Assembly (NCBI GenBank): GCA_030390025.1
Contig: CM059433.1
Location: 13,580,001-13,644,000, forward strand
From: Squalus acanthias
Lineage: Eukaryota
DNA length: 64,000 nt
Reading direction: 5' to 3'
Shown: positions 23,646 to 36,421 of the stretch, in pieces
Layout: each line of letters starts with the position of its first letter
Position numbering within the stretch: position 1 is the first letter of the stretch
Translations under genes and position numbers: made by a program
Notes under the pieces: model-generated
Database searches by the model: none
Told to the model about the DNA's origin: nothing
The model's input: only the letters and a program-made list of their open reading frames with translations

Positions 23646-25545
23646 ATGGCAGATCCACGCCCAAGGGAGAGAGCCCGCAGATTCAGCGATCAAGCATTGG
23701 AGGCGTTGGTGTTCGCTGTGGAGAGACGGAGGGCGGTGATCTACCCGGCAAGTGGCAGGAGGCATTCACCGCAAGTCTTCTGCACCATGTGGAGGGAGGT
23801 AGCGCAGCACGTCTCGGGCAGCACTGTGGTCCCCAGGGCCCACACACAGTGCAGGAAGAAATTTAACGACCTCACTCGGGTGGTCAGGGTGAGTGAATGC
23901 TTCAACAAATGTTACATACCACCATCTGAACCATAGTCTTCACACACTGCCCAAAGCACCACACCCCCAGCACTCACCCACCAACAATCTCTACCTACCA
24001 ACACTCACACTCACATCTCACACCTTGCACACAATGACAGCTATTCAACTATGGCAGGCACATCTCCCAAACACATTGCTCCACACACACTCACACACTT
24101 TCCTTTCTCTTGCAGGCTAAGGTGGCTCACAACAGGAGGGAGCAGGAGCGCACAGGCAGGGGACAAGCTGACACCCAACCACTGTCTGCACTGGAAAATA
24201 GAGTGCTGGAGATTATTGGGTGCCAGGTGGTGGGCGCCGTGGCCACCGGTGATGTTGACCGCCTTGGGGACAACAACGGTATGTTCATCCCTACTCCTTC
24301 TCACATCCCATTTCCTCCTCACCCCACAAGCGTTTCGCACTTTCCAGCCAAACTTGCTGTATGCATGCATTTCTCCCTTCCTGCCCCCTCCCCTCACCTT
24401 AACCTGACTCTTGTGCCTTTATGCTTTCAGATAATGAGCAAGCAGCTGAGCAGCCTGTCCCCGAGGGCACGGTAGAGAGTGATGCAGGAGAGGAGGAGGA
24501 GGAAGAACACACCGCGTCACTGCATCTCTCACCTGCAGACACCAGCTCAGATACTGGCACTACGCGTTCTTTAGAGGCTAGTATTGTAGCGGGATCTGCA
24601 CAGGGTGAGGCACCGGGGACGAGTGGGCTGCAGCAAAGCCAGTGGAAAAGGGTAGCTCACGGGCCAGCTCCCCAGAGGGCAAGTTCGCGCGCGTGTTCTG
24701 CTGCACATGCCTCAGATGAGGACCTTGATGGGGAGGCCTTTAGAAGAAGGGTGATGGGCATGCACACGGCGATGATAGGTGCAATGGCAAGGGTGCCCGA
24801 GAGCCTCTCGGCAATGATAAGGAGCGTGGAGGAGTCCAGCTCCAACATTGTACAAGGCTCTGCACACACCATGGAGCCCATCATTTCCAGTCTGCAAAGC
24901 ATGGTAGACTCCCAGAGAGACTGTGGCGACCCAGACCTGATGACGCGTGTGATGGGCGATCTGGCAGCTTCCATTGCAGCACAGGCGGAAGCAACGCAAC
25001 ATCTTAGTGCTGTAATGGAGTCTATGCTTGGTGGCATCCAATCTCAGACTGCTCTCTTGCAGTCTCAGCCTGATGCCACGCAAGCTCTGACTGCTGTCAT
25101 CGTGGTTGGGTCTACCACCGTCGACCGGGGCTTTCATGGTGTCGCAGCAGGCCAGCAATCCGTGTTCCAACAGATTGCTAGGGATGCTGAGGTGCTGCCC
25201 CGGGGGAGTGGCCGTGGGTCAGTGGAGCAGGAACCTGCTGTCCTCTCTCAGGATGACAGCATTCCTGCTCCCACCACTGCCACTCGCCATTGCCCTTGTC
25301 ACTGCCTGTCATCCAGCCAGTCCAGACTGCTGCTGCCCATGCTGAAGTGGTACAGTCGACAGCCTGGCCTTCCAGCCCCAGAGCTGGTCGAGAGCATCCT
25401 GCAAGGCCATCTGTAGTCTCCCACACGGACACTCAGCAGCCTTCCACCAGCTCTGCTGCAGCCACTGGGCCAACACTTTGAGGAGCACTAGAGTAGGCAA
25501 AGGCACAGTAACGACACGCACTATGGGATTGCACAAGGGTGCTAA
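23646..25545 (+). pseudogene. Harbinger Myb/SANT-like gene, 3 exons (23646-23888, 24116-24278, 24431-~25545); open to ~25290, then frameshift and stop
   Basis: MADPRPRERARRFSDQALEALVFAVERRRAVIYP...MWREVAQHVS...HTQCRKKFNDLTRVVR|GTGAGT, then AG|AKVAHNRREQERTGRG...|GTATGT, then AG|DNEQAAEQP. Phases 0 and 1 are consistent. Confidence 0.8.
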
Positions 25546-25711
25546 GTTAATATTGTTGTTGTAAATATGTGTTCACTGATTTTTGATAAATTTATTAATC
25601 CAGTTTGGATTCTTTCGTGGTGAGTCTCATTTCAGTTTTGTGCTGTGATATGGTCTGCAACAGGGATGGAATGATGGGGATGTGGTGAGCAACGGGGATC
25701 TGGGGTTTAAT

Positions 25712-25995
25712 TCATTTGAACCGCAGTCTGATGAGGCGGTCACAGGACCGCCCTTCCGGAAGGCCGATTGAGTGGCTGCCTCCTCCTTCGCTCCTGTTCC
25801 TCCTCCTCCTCCTCGTCTTCCTCTTCCTCCTCCTCATCCTCTTTCTCCTCCTCCTCTTCCTCTCCCTCCTCTTCAGGTGGTCCCACAATCCCTGGTGGCA
25901 AGGACTGAGCCCTCCTAATGGCCAAGTTGTGGAGCATGCAGCAAACCACCAGGAAATGGGACACCTGCTCAGCCGAGTACTGGAGGGCTCCTCCT
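25712..25995 (-). pseudogene. Harbinger transposase extreme C-terminal remnant
   Basis: ALQYSAEQVSHFLVVCCMLHNLAIRR...poly-E...DRLIRLRF, parallel to 16751-17030. Confidence 0.75.
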
Positions 25996-26406
25996 GAGCC
26001 ACCAAGGCAGCGGAACCATCAATCGACAGCCAGAGCTGACTACCCACCTTTGATTCATAGTTCTTCAACTGCATAATAGGTGTTTATTATTGATAAATGG
26101 CACTGTTCTTACCTGTTGCATTATGATTTGTTGAACCAATCAGGTAGAAGTTTGACACAGATATTATATATATATATCTTACAGCCACGCTTCAGGGAAA
26201 GCAGGATCAGAGAGTGGGGAATAATTGGACAGTCATAATTCAATCCCCATTTTAAAGTTATACTTTCTGACCTTACTTTTATATTGTACTTTCTATTTTA
26301 TTTCCCATTAAATAGCGAAACCATGGGCAACTTGGAAAGCAGGGAATTAGTTGAAGTAGTAGAGTTTGAGGAGCTGGAAGACACAAAACCGAGGCGCTCT
26401 AGCAGG

Positions 26407-26957
26407 AACATAAGAACATAAGACGTAGGAGCAGGAATAGGCCACTCGGCCCTCGAGCCTGCTCCGCCATTCAATAAGATCATGGCTGATCTTGGGCTCA
26501 AAGCCACTTCCCTGCTCGCTCCCCATAACCCTTCACTCCCTTATCTTGCAAAAATCTGTCTATCTCCACCTTAAATGTATTTAATGACTCAGCTTCCAGG
26601 GCTCTCTGGGGCAGAGAATTCCACAGATTTACGACCCTCTGAGAGAAGAAATTCCTCCTCATCTCAGTTCTAAAAGGGCGACCCTTTATTCTGAAACTAT
26701 GCCCCCGAGTTCTAGATTTCCCCACGAGGGGAAACATCCTCTCTGCATCTACCTTGTTGAGCCCCCTCAGTATCTTACATGTTTCAATAAGATCTCCTCT
26801 CATTCTTCTAAACTCCAATGAGTATAGGCCCAACCTGCTCAACCTTTCTTCATAAGTCAACCCCCTCATCTCTGGAATTAGTGAATCGTCTCTGAACTGC
26901 CTTCAATGCAAGTATATCCTTCCTTAAATAAGGAGACGAAAACTGTACACAGTACTC
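26407..26957 (-). mobile_element. CR1 LINE 3' fragment
   Basis: RGLTYEERLSRLGLYSLEFRRMRGDLIE...RRNFFSQRVVNLWNSLP, with TTCTTATG tail. Confidence 0.9.
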
Positions 26958-27290
26958 AGGAGGATATAATTACAGTACGACAAGTTTACGTGGAAAGTTT
27001 CCATTATAAATGTGGACATAGGAATTCGGAGAAAGTATGTGCAGATAAAAGATCATACATAGGTTGAAAGAATTGCTTCAGATATATCTTCAAATAGCAG
27101 TTATATTCTGAGGTTGTGGTGAAGGCACAGATCATGGTTCACAGGGACACCAGGCAGCAGTTATATCATCACACACAAAACTGGACAGTATTTCCATAAA
27201 AGTTATGCAACAGATCCTTGGCAGCTGAAGATTTTAGAAACCGCTCAGGACGACTGAAAAGTTATCAAAGTCTTCTCTGTATTTGTATTT

Positions 27291-27344
27291 TCACACCACA
27301 AAGAGCAAATTCATTTTATTTCCAGACGAACTGTCACCAATGTT
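27291..27344 (-). CDS. TPO: Probable last coding exon of TPO (NIGDSSSGNKMNLLFVV*), followed by 3' UTR towards lower coordinates
   Basis: Strong acceptor tatttattttctattacttAG, phase 0, 17 codons plus TGA in non-repetitive sequence. Phase and coding length agree with my recollection of the mammalian final exon. No sequence similarity recognised. Confidence 0.5.
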   Translation of the reverse strand, partial: NIGDSSSGNKMNLLFVV

Positions 27345-29083
27345 CTAAGTAATAGAAAATAAATATTAGTAATGGCGTTAAAAATACATACATAAAATAA
27401 CGGCTACACGTTGAGCTTCTTTCGTGCTCGGTAATGTTGTGAAGCTATCGCCATTCGGTGACAGTCTAGTTGTTAACCTTCCGTAATAAAATCTAATTTC
27501 AAACAACAGTAAAAATCAGTATTAATAAAAAGGACCAAAGAGAAATTCCTCCGCATTTCCAATTTGAATGTCATTAGACTTCAGAGAACTTTCAACAATT
27601 GTTCTTTGCATTGATACTTTAAAAACTGAATTTTTTTGGCTATGCTCCTGCTGTCATTTCAAAGGGAGTGGTCTGGAGATGCTGGAAACTGGGCCGAAAC
27701 TGAACCAATGGCAAACTTTACAGGATAGCCATTATTGTAACTGGGTGGGGGGGGGGGAGGTGGAGGGGGGCGGGGGGGAGGAGGTTGGTGAACTAAGGGC
27801 CGAGGGCAGGGACTTGCTATGTTGGGAGTTCTTGCAACCTAGGCCTTCAGAAGTCGCGGCATATGATTGGCACAGGCACGTGCTGGCCATCCGCAGCCTG
27901 GACCCCTGCTGACTTGGGCACCAATTGCTTTTCTTTTTCATTTTTAAAGCGGCCATATTTGTAGGGGGCACCTGCATGTTTCCTTTGGGGGGCGCGGTGG
28001 ACCATCCCCCAGCCCAGCATTCCTCCACCTGTCTTTCTGGCCTTATGCCAATGCGGGGGCAGATACTGAGATGTGCTGCATTGCGGATTTTCTGGTCCAT
28101 TTTTATTACAGATTGCAGATTTAAGCTTGTACCGAATTCTGCCCTCCACCACTTTAATGTAGCCATTGACCTGTTTGTTCTAAGTAAGTTAATGCTCTGT
28201 TAGAATATCAGAGAGGAATTTAACCTGAGCGCATTTAGTATTCATGCAGTAACACTACTGGTAGTAATTGCTATCCTGTTAAGTAGGTAAAGTTGCATTC
28301 ATGCGGTAAACATCATGAAAACCGCTTTATTTGAGATTTCACAGTAACTTCAGAGATGTTGATGTGAAATGAGTAGGTAATTTCAAAATCCAATTTTGGT
28401 CCATTCAATCTACTGAAGTGCATTGGGCCTTGACAATGCACCCTCTGGTGTCAATAAAAAGAGCTGGGGGGGAAAAAATGATAACAGGCACAAAGGCTCA
28501 ACGAAGGTAAGTATCAAAAATAAAAATCAAGAAGGGCCTTTGAAAGGCTTGAATTGCATATTTTTACAATCTGCCATACTTTTAAATACCCTCTTGTCCG
28601 CAGGTTCACCTGTAGGCCCCCTTCCTGACAGGTTGCCATGGGGATTCAGCGTTCAGCACACCTGTTCAGCCAGGTTTATGGAGCGGCATCCTTCCTGCCC
28701 CCTTTTTGAATAGGCAAATGACGCTCCCAGCTGCTTTGAGTGGGAGCTTCAGATGCATGCCCCAGGCCCCAACAAGAAGATAAAGCAGGGCCCGATACCA
28801 GTGGCAATCCGCTGGAACTGATTCCTGCTCAATTTCCTGGCTGCTGCTGCCTGATATGTTCCTTCTCCCAACACGTTAACCTGTCTTTTCTCTTATCAAA
28901 TGCTGACGGAGAAGCTGCGCATTTTGATTTCAAATTTCCTGCATTTCCAGCTTTTTCCTTTTGATTTGTGCCGACAATTTAGTAATAGCTGACTGCAAAT
29001 TATAAACCGTTTTGTGCTGTGGGTTTCCAGTTGTCAGGAAACTGAATTTAGGGTCACCAAATTTATTCCGCTTAAAGCCTTAC

Positions 29084-29186
29084 CGCAGCAGAAAGACTTT
29101 TCCTCTCAATCAACGGGACTGAATTCCAGGAGCAGGAAGGCCTGTACTCTAACCTACCACCGCATCCAGTCCCCTGTACACTTCTT
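29084..29186 (-). CDS. TPO: Thyroid peroxidase, cytoplasmic-tail exon (equivalent to exon 16)
   Basis: 103-nt exon with acceptor ttatttAG and donor GTAAGG, phase 2/0, compatible with the TM exon. Open frame RSVQGTGCGGRLEYRPSCSWNSVPLIERKSLSAA. The sequence is poorly conserved, so the call rests on splice sites and phase. Confidence 0.7.
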
Positions 29187-29300
29187 CTAAATAACACTGA
29201 GAGAAAAGTAACTCTAATTCCAAGGTCTGATTTTACTGAAATGAAAAAGAAAGCTGAAGTAATAACATTTACCATATTCTAAATCCTCTATCATTTGACA

Positions 29301-29764
29301 GCTGTCAGCTGTGGCTCAGTGGGTAGCACACTCGCCTCTGAGTCAGAAGGTTGTGGGTTCACAGTCCCCACTCCATGGGACTTGAGCACATAAAGCTAAC
29401 CTGACACTCCCAGTGCAGTGCGGAGGGAGTGCTGCGCTGTCGGAGGTGCCTGTCTTTCGGATGAGACATTAAACCGAGGCCCCGTCTGCTCTCTCAGGTG
29501 GACGTAAAAGATCCCCATGGCCATTATTTCAAAGAGGAGCAGGGGAGTTATCCCCGGTGTCCTGGCCCTCAATTTATTTATCCCTCAATCAACATAACAA
29601 AAAAACAGATTATCTGGTCATTATCACATTGCTGTTTGTGGGAGCTTGCTGTGCGCAAATTGGCTGCTGCATTTCCCACATTATAACAGTGACTCCACTT
29701 CAAAAGTACTTCATTGGTTGTAAAGCCGGTGGTCGTGAAAGGCGCTATATAAATGCAAGTCTTT
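29301..29764 (+). mobile_element. Full-length tRNA-derived Deu-domain SINE (SacSINE1-like)
   Basis: A-box TGGCTCAGTGGG and B-box-like GGTTCACAGTCC in the head, Deu central domain, L2-type tail ggcgctatataaatgcaagtcttt. Confidence 0.85.
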
Positions 29765-30724
29765 ATGTTGCTGCTTTTTGTGCTTTGTTTCACAATTTGA
29801 TGCCCACTGTGTCGTTGTTTGCTCCACATTCTACAGTTTTCATCGACTCACAGTTTTACCAGTATACTTTTGTAGCAATGGATAACATGCAATCAGATCT
29901 CCTACCAGTGAGCATCCATTTTTTTTTAGGGTTATTAGTGCCATTAATGAGCAGTTCAAACGATCTGTGTAATCGGTCTTTTCATACACAAGGATCGCCA
30001 GTTGCTAAATGGCGATTGATTGTTGACAATACAAGCACCATCATGGTCATCCCGTGGAAAGGCAAAGCCCCTGAGGATCTGCACGCATTGAATGCGTTTT
30101 ATTGATTAGATTCTGATGTACATTGTCTGCCGAGGTTTAGATTCACAAAACAGATAATGTACCACCAGTGCAAGGAGCTAAAAGGATTTGGAGTGTTGTG
30201 CTCCATAAATTATGTGCTGATGTTGCTAATGAAGGTGACCGCTGAAATTCTTTCCGTACAGTTGACATGTTTCAGGTCCCACTTTGAACAACTGGGGACA
30301 TCAGTCAGTTAGCACTGTGCAAAATGGTTTGACAAATCCGTCCTGCTTTGCTCAGGAAGCCCACTATCTTCCTCATATGCCTGTATCAAAGCGCCTGAGG
30401 ACCCAACCGGCAAATTTGGCACTACTGCCTGTAACCCGTCTATGCGCCTGCTTATTGGAGAGAGGAGACTGCTCACTACAGCAAGAGGAGATTTTGTTTG
30501 TCAAATAGGCAAACGGTATGTGAGTTCATGAATTGTATCCTCGAGTTACCAAGTATGCCTCCAAGCATGATTCATTTACTTTTGCAAGTTCTGCATGTGA
30601 ATTTTCGACTAGGAGTTAGCCGACAGTTTTACAACTAGTCTGGAGATATCCATACAAAAGACCTATTAGTGATAGGTAGGTTAATGGATATACGCATAAC
30701 ATTGCCTACGTGCACTCGCACACT

Positions 30725-31075
30725 GGTAAGTTATCACTGGTTCAGTCAGTAGCACTCTTCAGGACTTGAACTATAATATGGGCTGATAGCCCAGTGCATT
30801 ACTGAGGGAATGCTCCACCTTTGGAGTGCCTGTTTCAGTGTTTTAATGGACATTAAAGATCCATGGCATTATTTCCAAAGGAGTAGGGAGTTCTCCTGGT
30901 GACCTGGCCAACATTCCTGCCATTGATCGTTTCTTGCTATTTGTGGGATCTTGCTGTGTGCAATGGGGCCGCTGCATTTGCTGACAAAACAACATTCACT
31001 GCATTTCAAATAAATTTGTTGAAATGCTTTGAGACATTTCTGGGACATGTGACAAGGTGCTATGCATATATAACG
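30725..31075 (+). mobile_element. Degraded Deu-domain SINE
   Basis: taaagatccatggcattatttc..ttgctatttgtgggatcttgctgtgtgcaa resembles 29500-29670. Confidence 0.65.
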
Positions 31076-31130
31076 CAATATCCTGTAGATCCTGATGGGA
31101 AGAAGTCCATCTGGGTCTTTTGAAAATGAG

Positions 31131-31741
31131 TCATAGAGTCATAGAGTTATACAGCACAGAAAGAGGCCCTTCGGCCCATCGTGTCCGCGCCGGCCATCAA
31201 GCCCTGTCTATTCTTACCGCATTTTCCAGCACTTGGTCCGTAGCCTTGTATGCTATGGTGTTTCAAGTGCTCATCTAAATGCTTCTTGAATGTTGTGAGG
31301 GTTCCTGCCTCTACCACCCTTTCAGGCACTGAGTTCCAGATTCCAACCACCCTCTGGGTGAAAAAGTTTTTCCTCAAATCCCCTCTAAACCTCCTGCCCC
31401 TTATCTTGAAACTATGCCCCCTGGTTATTGACCCCTCTACTAAGGGGAAAAGTTCCTTTCTATCTACTCTAACTATGCCCTTCAGAATTTTGTACACCTC
31501 AATCAGGTCCCCCCTCAGCCTTCTCTGCTCTAAGGAAAACAGCCCCAGCCTGTCCAGTCTCTCTTCATAGCTGAAGCGCTCCAGCCCAGGTAACATCCTG
31601 GTGAATCTCCTCTGCACCCTCTCCAATGCAATCACATCCTTCCTATAGTGTGGCGACCAGAACTGCACACAGTATTCCAGCTGTGGCCTAACTAGTGTTT
31701 TGTACAGCTCCATCATAACCTCCCTGCTCTTATATTCTATG
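31131..31741 (-). mobile_element. CR1 LINE 3' fragment (second subfamily, GACTCTAT tail)
   Basis: Uninterrupted IEYKSREVMMELYKTLVRPQLEYCVQFWSPHYRKD...LRGDLIEVYKIL...FFTQRVVGIWNS. Confidence 0.92.
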
Positions 31742-32759
31742 AGGGGCCGAGGGGAGCACTCCTGCTCCTCCTGGCTCACAAGGTGCGTTGTAAAAGGCAT
31801 TTACCTTCTTGAGCGCAAGCTCTTGCCTCCCCTTAACTGCCGGGTTTCCCGAGCCCTGGGGAACCCACGTGGCAACTGTTAAATTTGTATCAGGCTCCCA
31901 GTTGCATTGTAGGAGCCTGATTTAAGTATGCCAATGAAGCGTCTCACCTCTCCACTGGAGTTTTCTGTGAGTCCCCTAGCTTGTGGTGCCAAATGCTGAA
32001 CGAACCTGGAAATAATTGTCACACACGTGTTAGCCTCATTAGCAGTCATCCATTGGCCCTTCAGGAAAGCCCCATAAATCCCGGGGCAACATTAAAGAGA
32101 TGGAGACCCGGCAATCTGGATCTTCACCCCTTTTTCCTTAACTTTGTACCTGAGGAACTGGGAGCAAAGGTCAGGAAAATCGACCAGACTCTACCAGATA
32201 ATGGAAACAATCTTCACCACAAAGAAAAATACAAGCATTCCATGCACCGTTCTACTGGAAATATTTAAAAGCAATTCTTTACAAAAAACAAAGAAAATAA
32301 TTTATATTTTTTTTTTCTCTTTTTTAGTCATCCAGATTATGTATGGAGCCCCATTTATGTAATGAGACCCCAATCTAAAATACCCTAATCTGCAGGATAA
32401 CAAACATGGCTATTCTATTTGTAAGTTTGGAGAACATCAGTGAGTATGGCTACTATTATACAATATCCACCAAATTCTGGCACCAATTCTTCCCCTTGTT
32501 CTTGCATGCTGTCACTGATCTCCATTCCTTCCAGATTCCACTTATATTCCTTGACAGCCAGAGGCTCTTTCTAATAATGCTGCTATCTGCTTAAACTTTC
32601 ATTTGCCCATCTTGAAAAGATTTGGATGGTGACAAATGCATCTATAGTTTGGTTAGTTCTGCAGTGCGAAAACAATGGGTGCAACCCCTGAGGAATCATC
32701 CAGCAGATTCTGGGTAATTTTGTTCACCTTGGAAGAATAAGCCATTTGCTGGAAATTTT

Positions 32760-35700
32760 GCTGTAACTTGACCAAAACTTAAAAGTTGACCACTTTTTAT
32801 GTACCATCATGCTTCGTGAGGCCAAGGGACGGGTTGCTGAAATGCTACAGTTGTAAGATGTGAAAGCTGCCAATTGTCTTTCAACAGATAAGGAAAACAG
32901 ACCTTGGACTTTCTGTGGGAACAGACTATTGAGCTGTGGAATCAGTGCACAAACAGAAACATCTTCAGATTATGGAATGTAACCAGTCTTGAAGCCCACG
33001 GATGTTTAACAGACTATTGATAAGAGTCTGCCACAGGGAAAGTAATCGCAAGAATCCTCCTCAATCGCCTTCTCCCAGTGGCTGAAGAGCTCCTCCCAGT
33101 CGCAATGCGGATTCCGCCCACTAAGGGGCACAATGGGCATGATCTTCACCGCGCGTCAACTACAAGACAAATGCAGTGAACAGCACCAACCGCTGTACAT
33201 GGCCTTCTTTGTCCTCACAAAGGCCTTCGACACCATCAACCGTGAGGGATTATGGAGTGTCCTCCTCAAATTTGGCTGCCCTCAAAAGTTTGTCACCATC
33301 CTCCGCCTGCTTCATGATGACATGCAAGCCATGATCCTGACCAACGGATCCACCACAGACCCAATTAATGTATGGACCGGGGTCAAGCTAGGCTGTGTCA
33401 TCGCACCAACGCTCTTCTCGATCTTCCTGGCTGCAATGCTCCATCTCACCCTCAGTAAGCTCCCCGCTGGAGTGGAGCTAATCTACAGAACAAACGGGAA
33501 ACTGTTCAACCTCCATCACCTCCAGTCCAGGTCCAAGGTCGTCCCATCCTCTGTCATCGAATTACAGTATGCAGACGATGCTTGCGTCTGCGCACACTCT
33601 GAGGCCGAACTTCAAACCATCGTCAACACCTTCACCGAAGCGTATGAGAGCATGGGCCTTACACTAAACATCCGTAAGACAAAGGTCCTCTACCAACCTG
33701 CCCCCGCCACACAGTACTGCTCCCCGATGATCAAAATCCATGACAAGGCCTTGGACAACGTGGACCACTTATCATACCTCGGGAGCCTACTGTCAACAAG
33801 GGCAGACGTCGATGATGAAGTCCAACACCGCCTTCAGTGTGCCAGTGCAGCCTTTGGTCACCTGAGGAAGAGAGTGTTTGAAGACCAGGACCTCAAACCT
33901 GGAACCAAGCTCATGGTCTACAGAGCAGTAGTGATACTCGCCCTCCTGTATGCTTCAGAGATATGGACCATGTACAGTAGACACCTCAAAGCATTGGAGA
34001 GGTACCACCAATGCTGCCTCCGCAAGATCCTGCAAATCCATTGGTAGGATAGGCGCACCAACGTCAGTGTTCTTGCTCAGGTCAACATCCCAGCATCGAA
34101 GCTTTGACCACGCTCGATCAGCTCCGATGGACGGGTCACATTGTCCGCATGCCCGATACGGGACTCCCAAAGCAAGCACTCTACTCGGAGATCGGACATG
34201 GCAAGAGAGCCCCAGGTGGGCAGAGGAAACGCTTCAAGGACACCCTCAAAGCCTCCTTGAAAAAGTGCAACATCCCCACCGACACCTGGGAATCCCTGGC
34301 CCAAGACTGCACAAAGTGGAGGAGAAGCATCCGGGAAGGCGCCGAATACCTCAGTCTCTTCGCTGGAAGCAAGCGGAAGCCAAGCGCAAACAGCAGAAGG
34401 AGCGCACGTCAACCCAAGCACCCCGCCCACCCGTCCCTTCAACCACCGTCTGCCCCACCCGTGACAGAGACTGTAGGTCCCGCATTGGACTCATCAGTCA
34501 CCTGAGAACTCATTTTTAATGTGGAAGCAAGTCATCCTCGGTTCCGAGGGACTGCCGAAGAAGAGAAGAAGGAAAACAGACCTTGGACTTTCTGTGGGAG
34601 CAAACTATTGAGCTGTGGAATCAGTGCAAAAACAGAAACACCTTTAGATTATGGAATGTAACCAGCCTTGAAGCCCACGGATGTTTAACAGACTATTGAT
34701 AAGACTAACTGAAAAACAACTATTGACCACAGACTGTATAGTTAGGGACACGTACGCAGTGGGAGGGTTGCCAGGTTTTACGGTATAAAAGATGCTGTAA
34801 AAAGACACTCGCTGCTGCAGTCAAGGGGGGGGGCGACCTGGTCAGTTGCCAGAAATCATACGTCTAGTCACTGCCGGATTGACCACTCACTGGTGTTAGG
34901 ACGCAAGTGGTGTTTCGCTTGAGCTTAAAGTAAAGGGATAGCTCTGTGTGTGCTGAGATATAATTGGGAATTATTATACGCTTGTAAGGTTTCCAAAATT
35001 TGCAGATCCCCAAAACCTAAGGAAAAAGGACTTTGGAACTACCCCAGAGTGATAAAAATGCAATTGGGCCTAACATAAGGAATTTAAGACCAAAACCCAA
35101 GTTTTGGCATTTTAAAAGACATGTCTGGACCTGTAAGGGAGAAAAGGCTGCACAGGAGGTGGGTTTGACCTCTGTAAAAGCAGTTTTGGGTATTGCAGTT
35201 AAATTGCATTGTCTGGGGAATCAGGATGACTTCACTCAAGCCCCAGCAAGAATTAACATTTGGACAATAGACCCTGGGAGAAGGCAGCCCCACCCAAAAC
35301 ACAGGCCCCATTAAAACCTATCACAGACCCATCAAACCATGCATATTCAAATCGCTCAGGACCATTCTATAGAAAAACCCGAGTCCAGCCTAGAAACACA
35401 AAACACAAAACCAATCACCTGTAATCAACCGAAGAGATCGACAGAACGCAAGCCATTTGACACTTAGTAAAGTCGTTACTGTTAACGAGGTCTTACATTG
35501 ACCAGGATTTGATTTGGTTTTGACAAGGCCACTTCAATTTAGTATAATTGAAGGCCCATCAAGCAGTTACAACAGTTCAGTAAGAATGGAGTTACAGTTC
35601 TCCAGTAAAACAGTTCAAGTTCAACAGAATTGAAAGCCTGTGTTGAACAGAAGTCAGGGCTGCAGTTACAGAAGCAGGCAGAAGGCAGTTCCACAGCTCA

Positions 35701-36215
35701 GAAGAAGACAGTTTAAACAGAGGCAGAGTTACAGCAAGAAGTTAAACAAAGAAGGCCAACAACTTCACAAGCAGACCGACACGCAAGAAGAAACCAGAGC
35801 GACTGCCTCAGTGACCATCGGACACCTCGCGGCAACAAGGGCCTTACGAAACCTTTTACTCAAAAGACTCTAAACCCTAACTCTCAACTGTCAAGGATTC
35901 GTTTGGTGAGCATTATCCCTGGTTCTCCAGAGTCCAACCTAGCTAGTGAAGTGGGATTGGGAGGGGTGAAGTATTCTTCTAATGTTATTTCCCTCGCTTG
36001 TACCGAAGTGTTCCCACCTTTAGAGTGATAAGAGTGTTTGTGTTGTGTTTTACTTCCTTGAATAAAAGTCAAAGTTATTTCATCAAACCTGTTGTCTACT
36101 GCACCTTTGTTCATGACCCCTAAATAAGTCCAAGGTCTAGAACCAGGAGCGTGGGACGATTCGAACCACTCACTGAGTCAGAGGAGAAGCTGACCCTACC
36201 ACTCCACCCCCTACA
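32760..36215 (+). mobile_element. Probable long solo LTR hosting the RTE insertion
   Basis: TATAAAA at ~34784, AATAAA at 36061, ends ...CCCCCTACA, and shares a 3' motif with the 11010-12648 LTR. 5' end and TSD not resolved. Confidence 0.55.
33026..34568 (+). mobile_element. 5'-truncated RTE-clade LINE with ~136-bp target-site duplication
   Basis: RT motifs KAFD, GVKLGCVIAPTLF, LQYADD, YLGS. C-terminal LRWTGHIVRMPDTGLPKQALY and CPT.DRDCRSRIGLISHLRTH. GAA-rich tail. 32890-33025 is repeated at 34569-34704. Confidence 0.93.
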
Positions 36216-36421
36216 CGCTACATAACTGTCGGATGCTTACTTGTAATCTCGTGCTGATTTTTAAGTAAAAGAAACTGTTAGACGGGGCGAGGGGCGATTT
36301 CTGCAAGTCTTACAACCTGTTCCCAGTATTCTATGAATATTGCCTCTTATTTCACTTCCTGAGACACTGGATCTATGGGTAATAACAAAATTGCTAATGA
36401 AATTTACTGTTTCAAAATTCT

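Larger units (their letters stand above)
23290..26000. mobile_element. Second truncated PIF/Harbinger transposon (different family)
   Basis: Left end GGGCTAGAAATT. Convergent Myb/SANT gene and transposase C-terminus. Right TIR not found. Confidence 0.82.

Noticed and set aside
29301..29380. tRNA-like sequence (also ~37155-37235 and ~47545-47625)
   Set aside because: These are SINE heads continuous with SINE bodies; no clean cloverleaf, so not called as tRNA genes.
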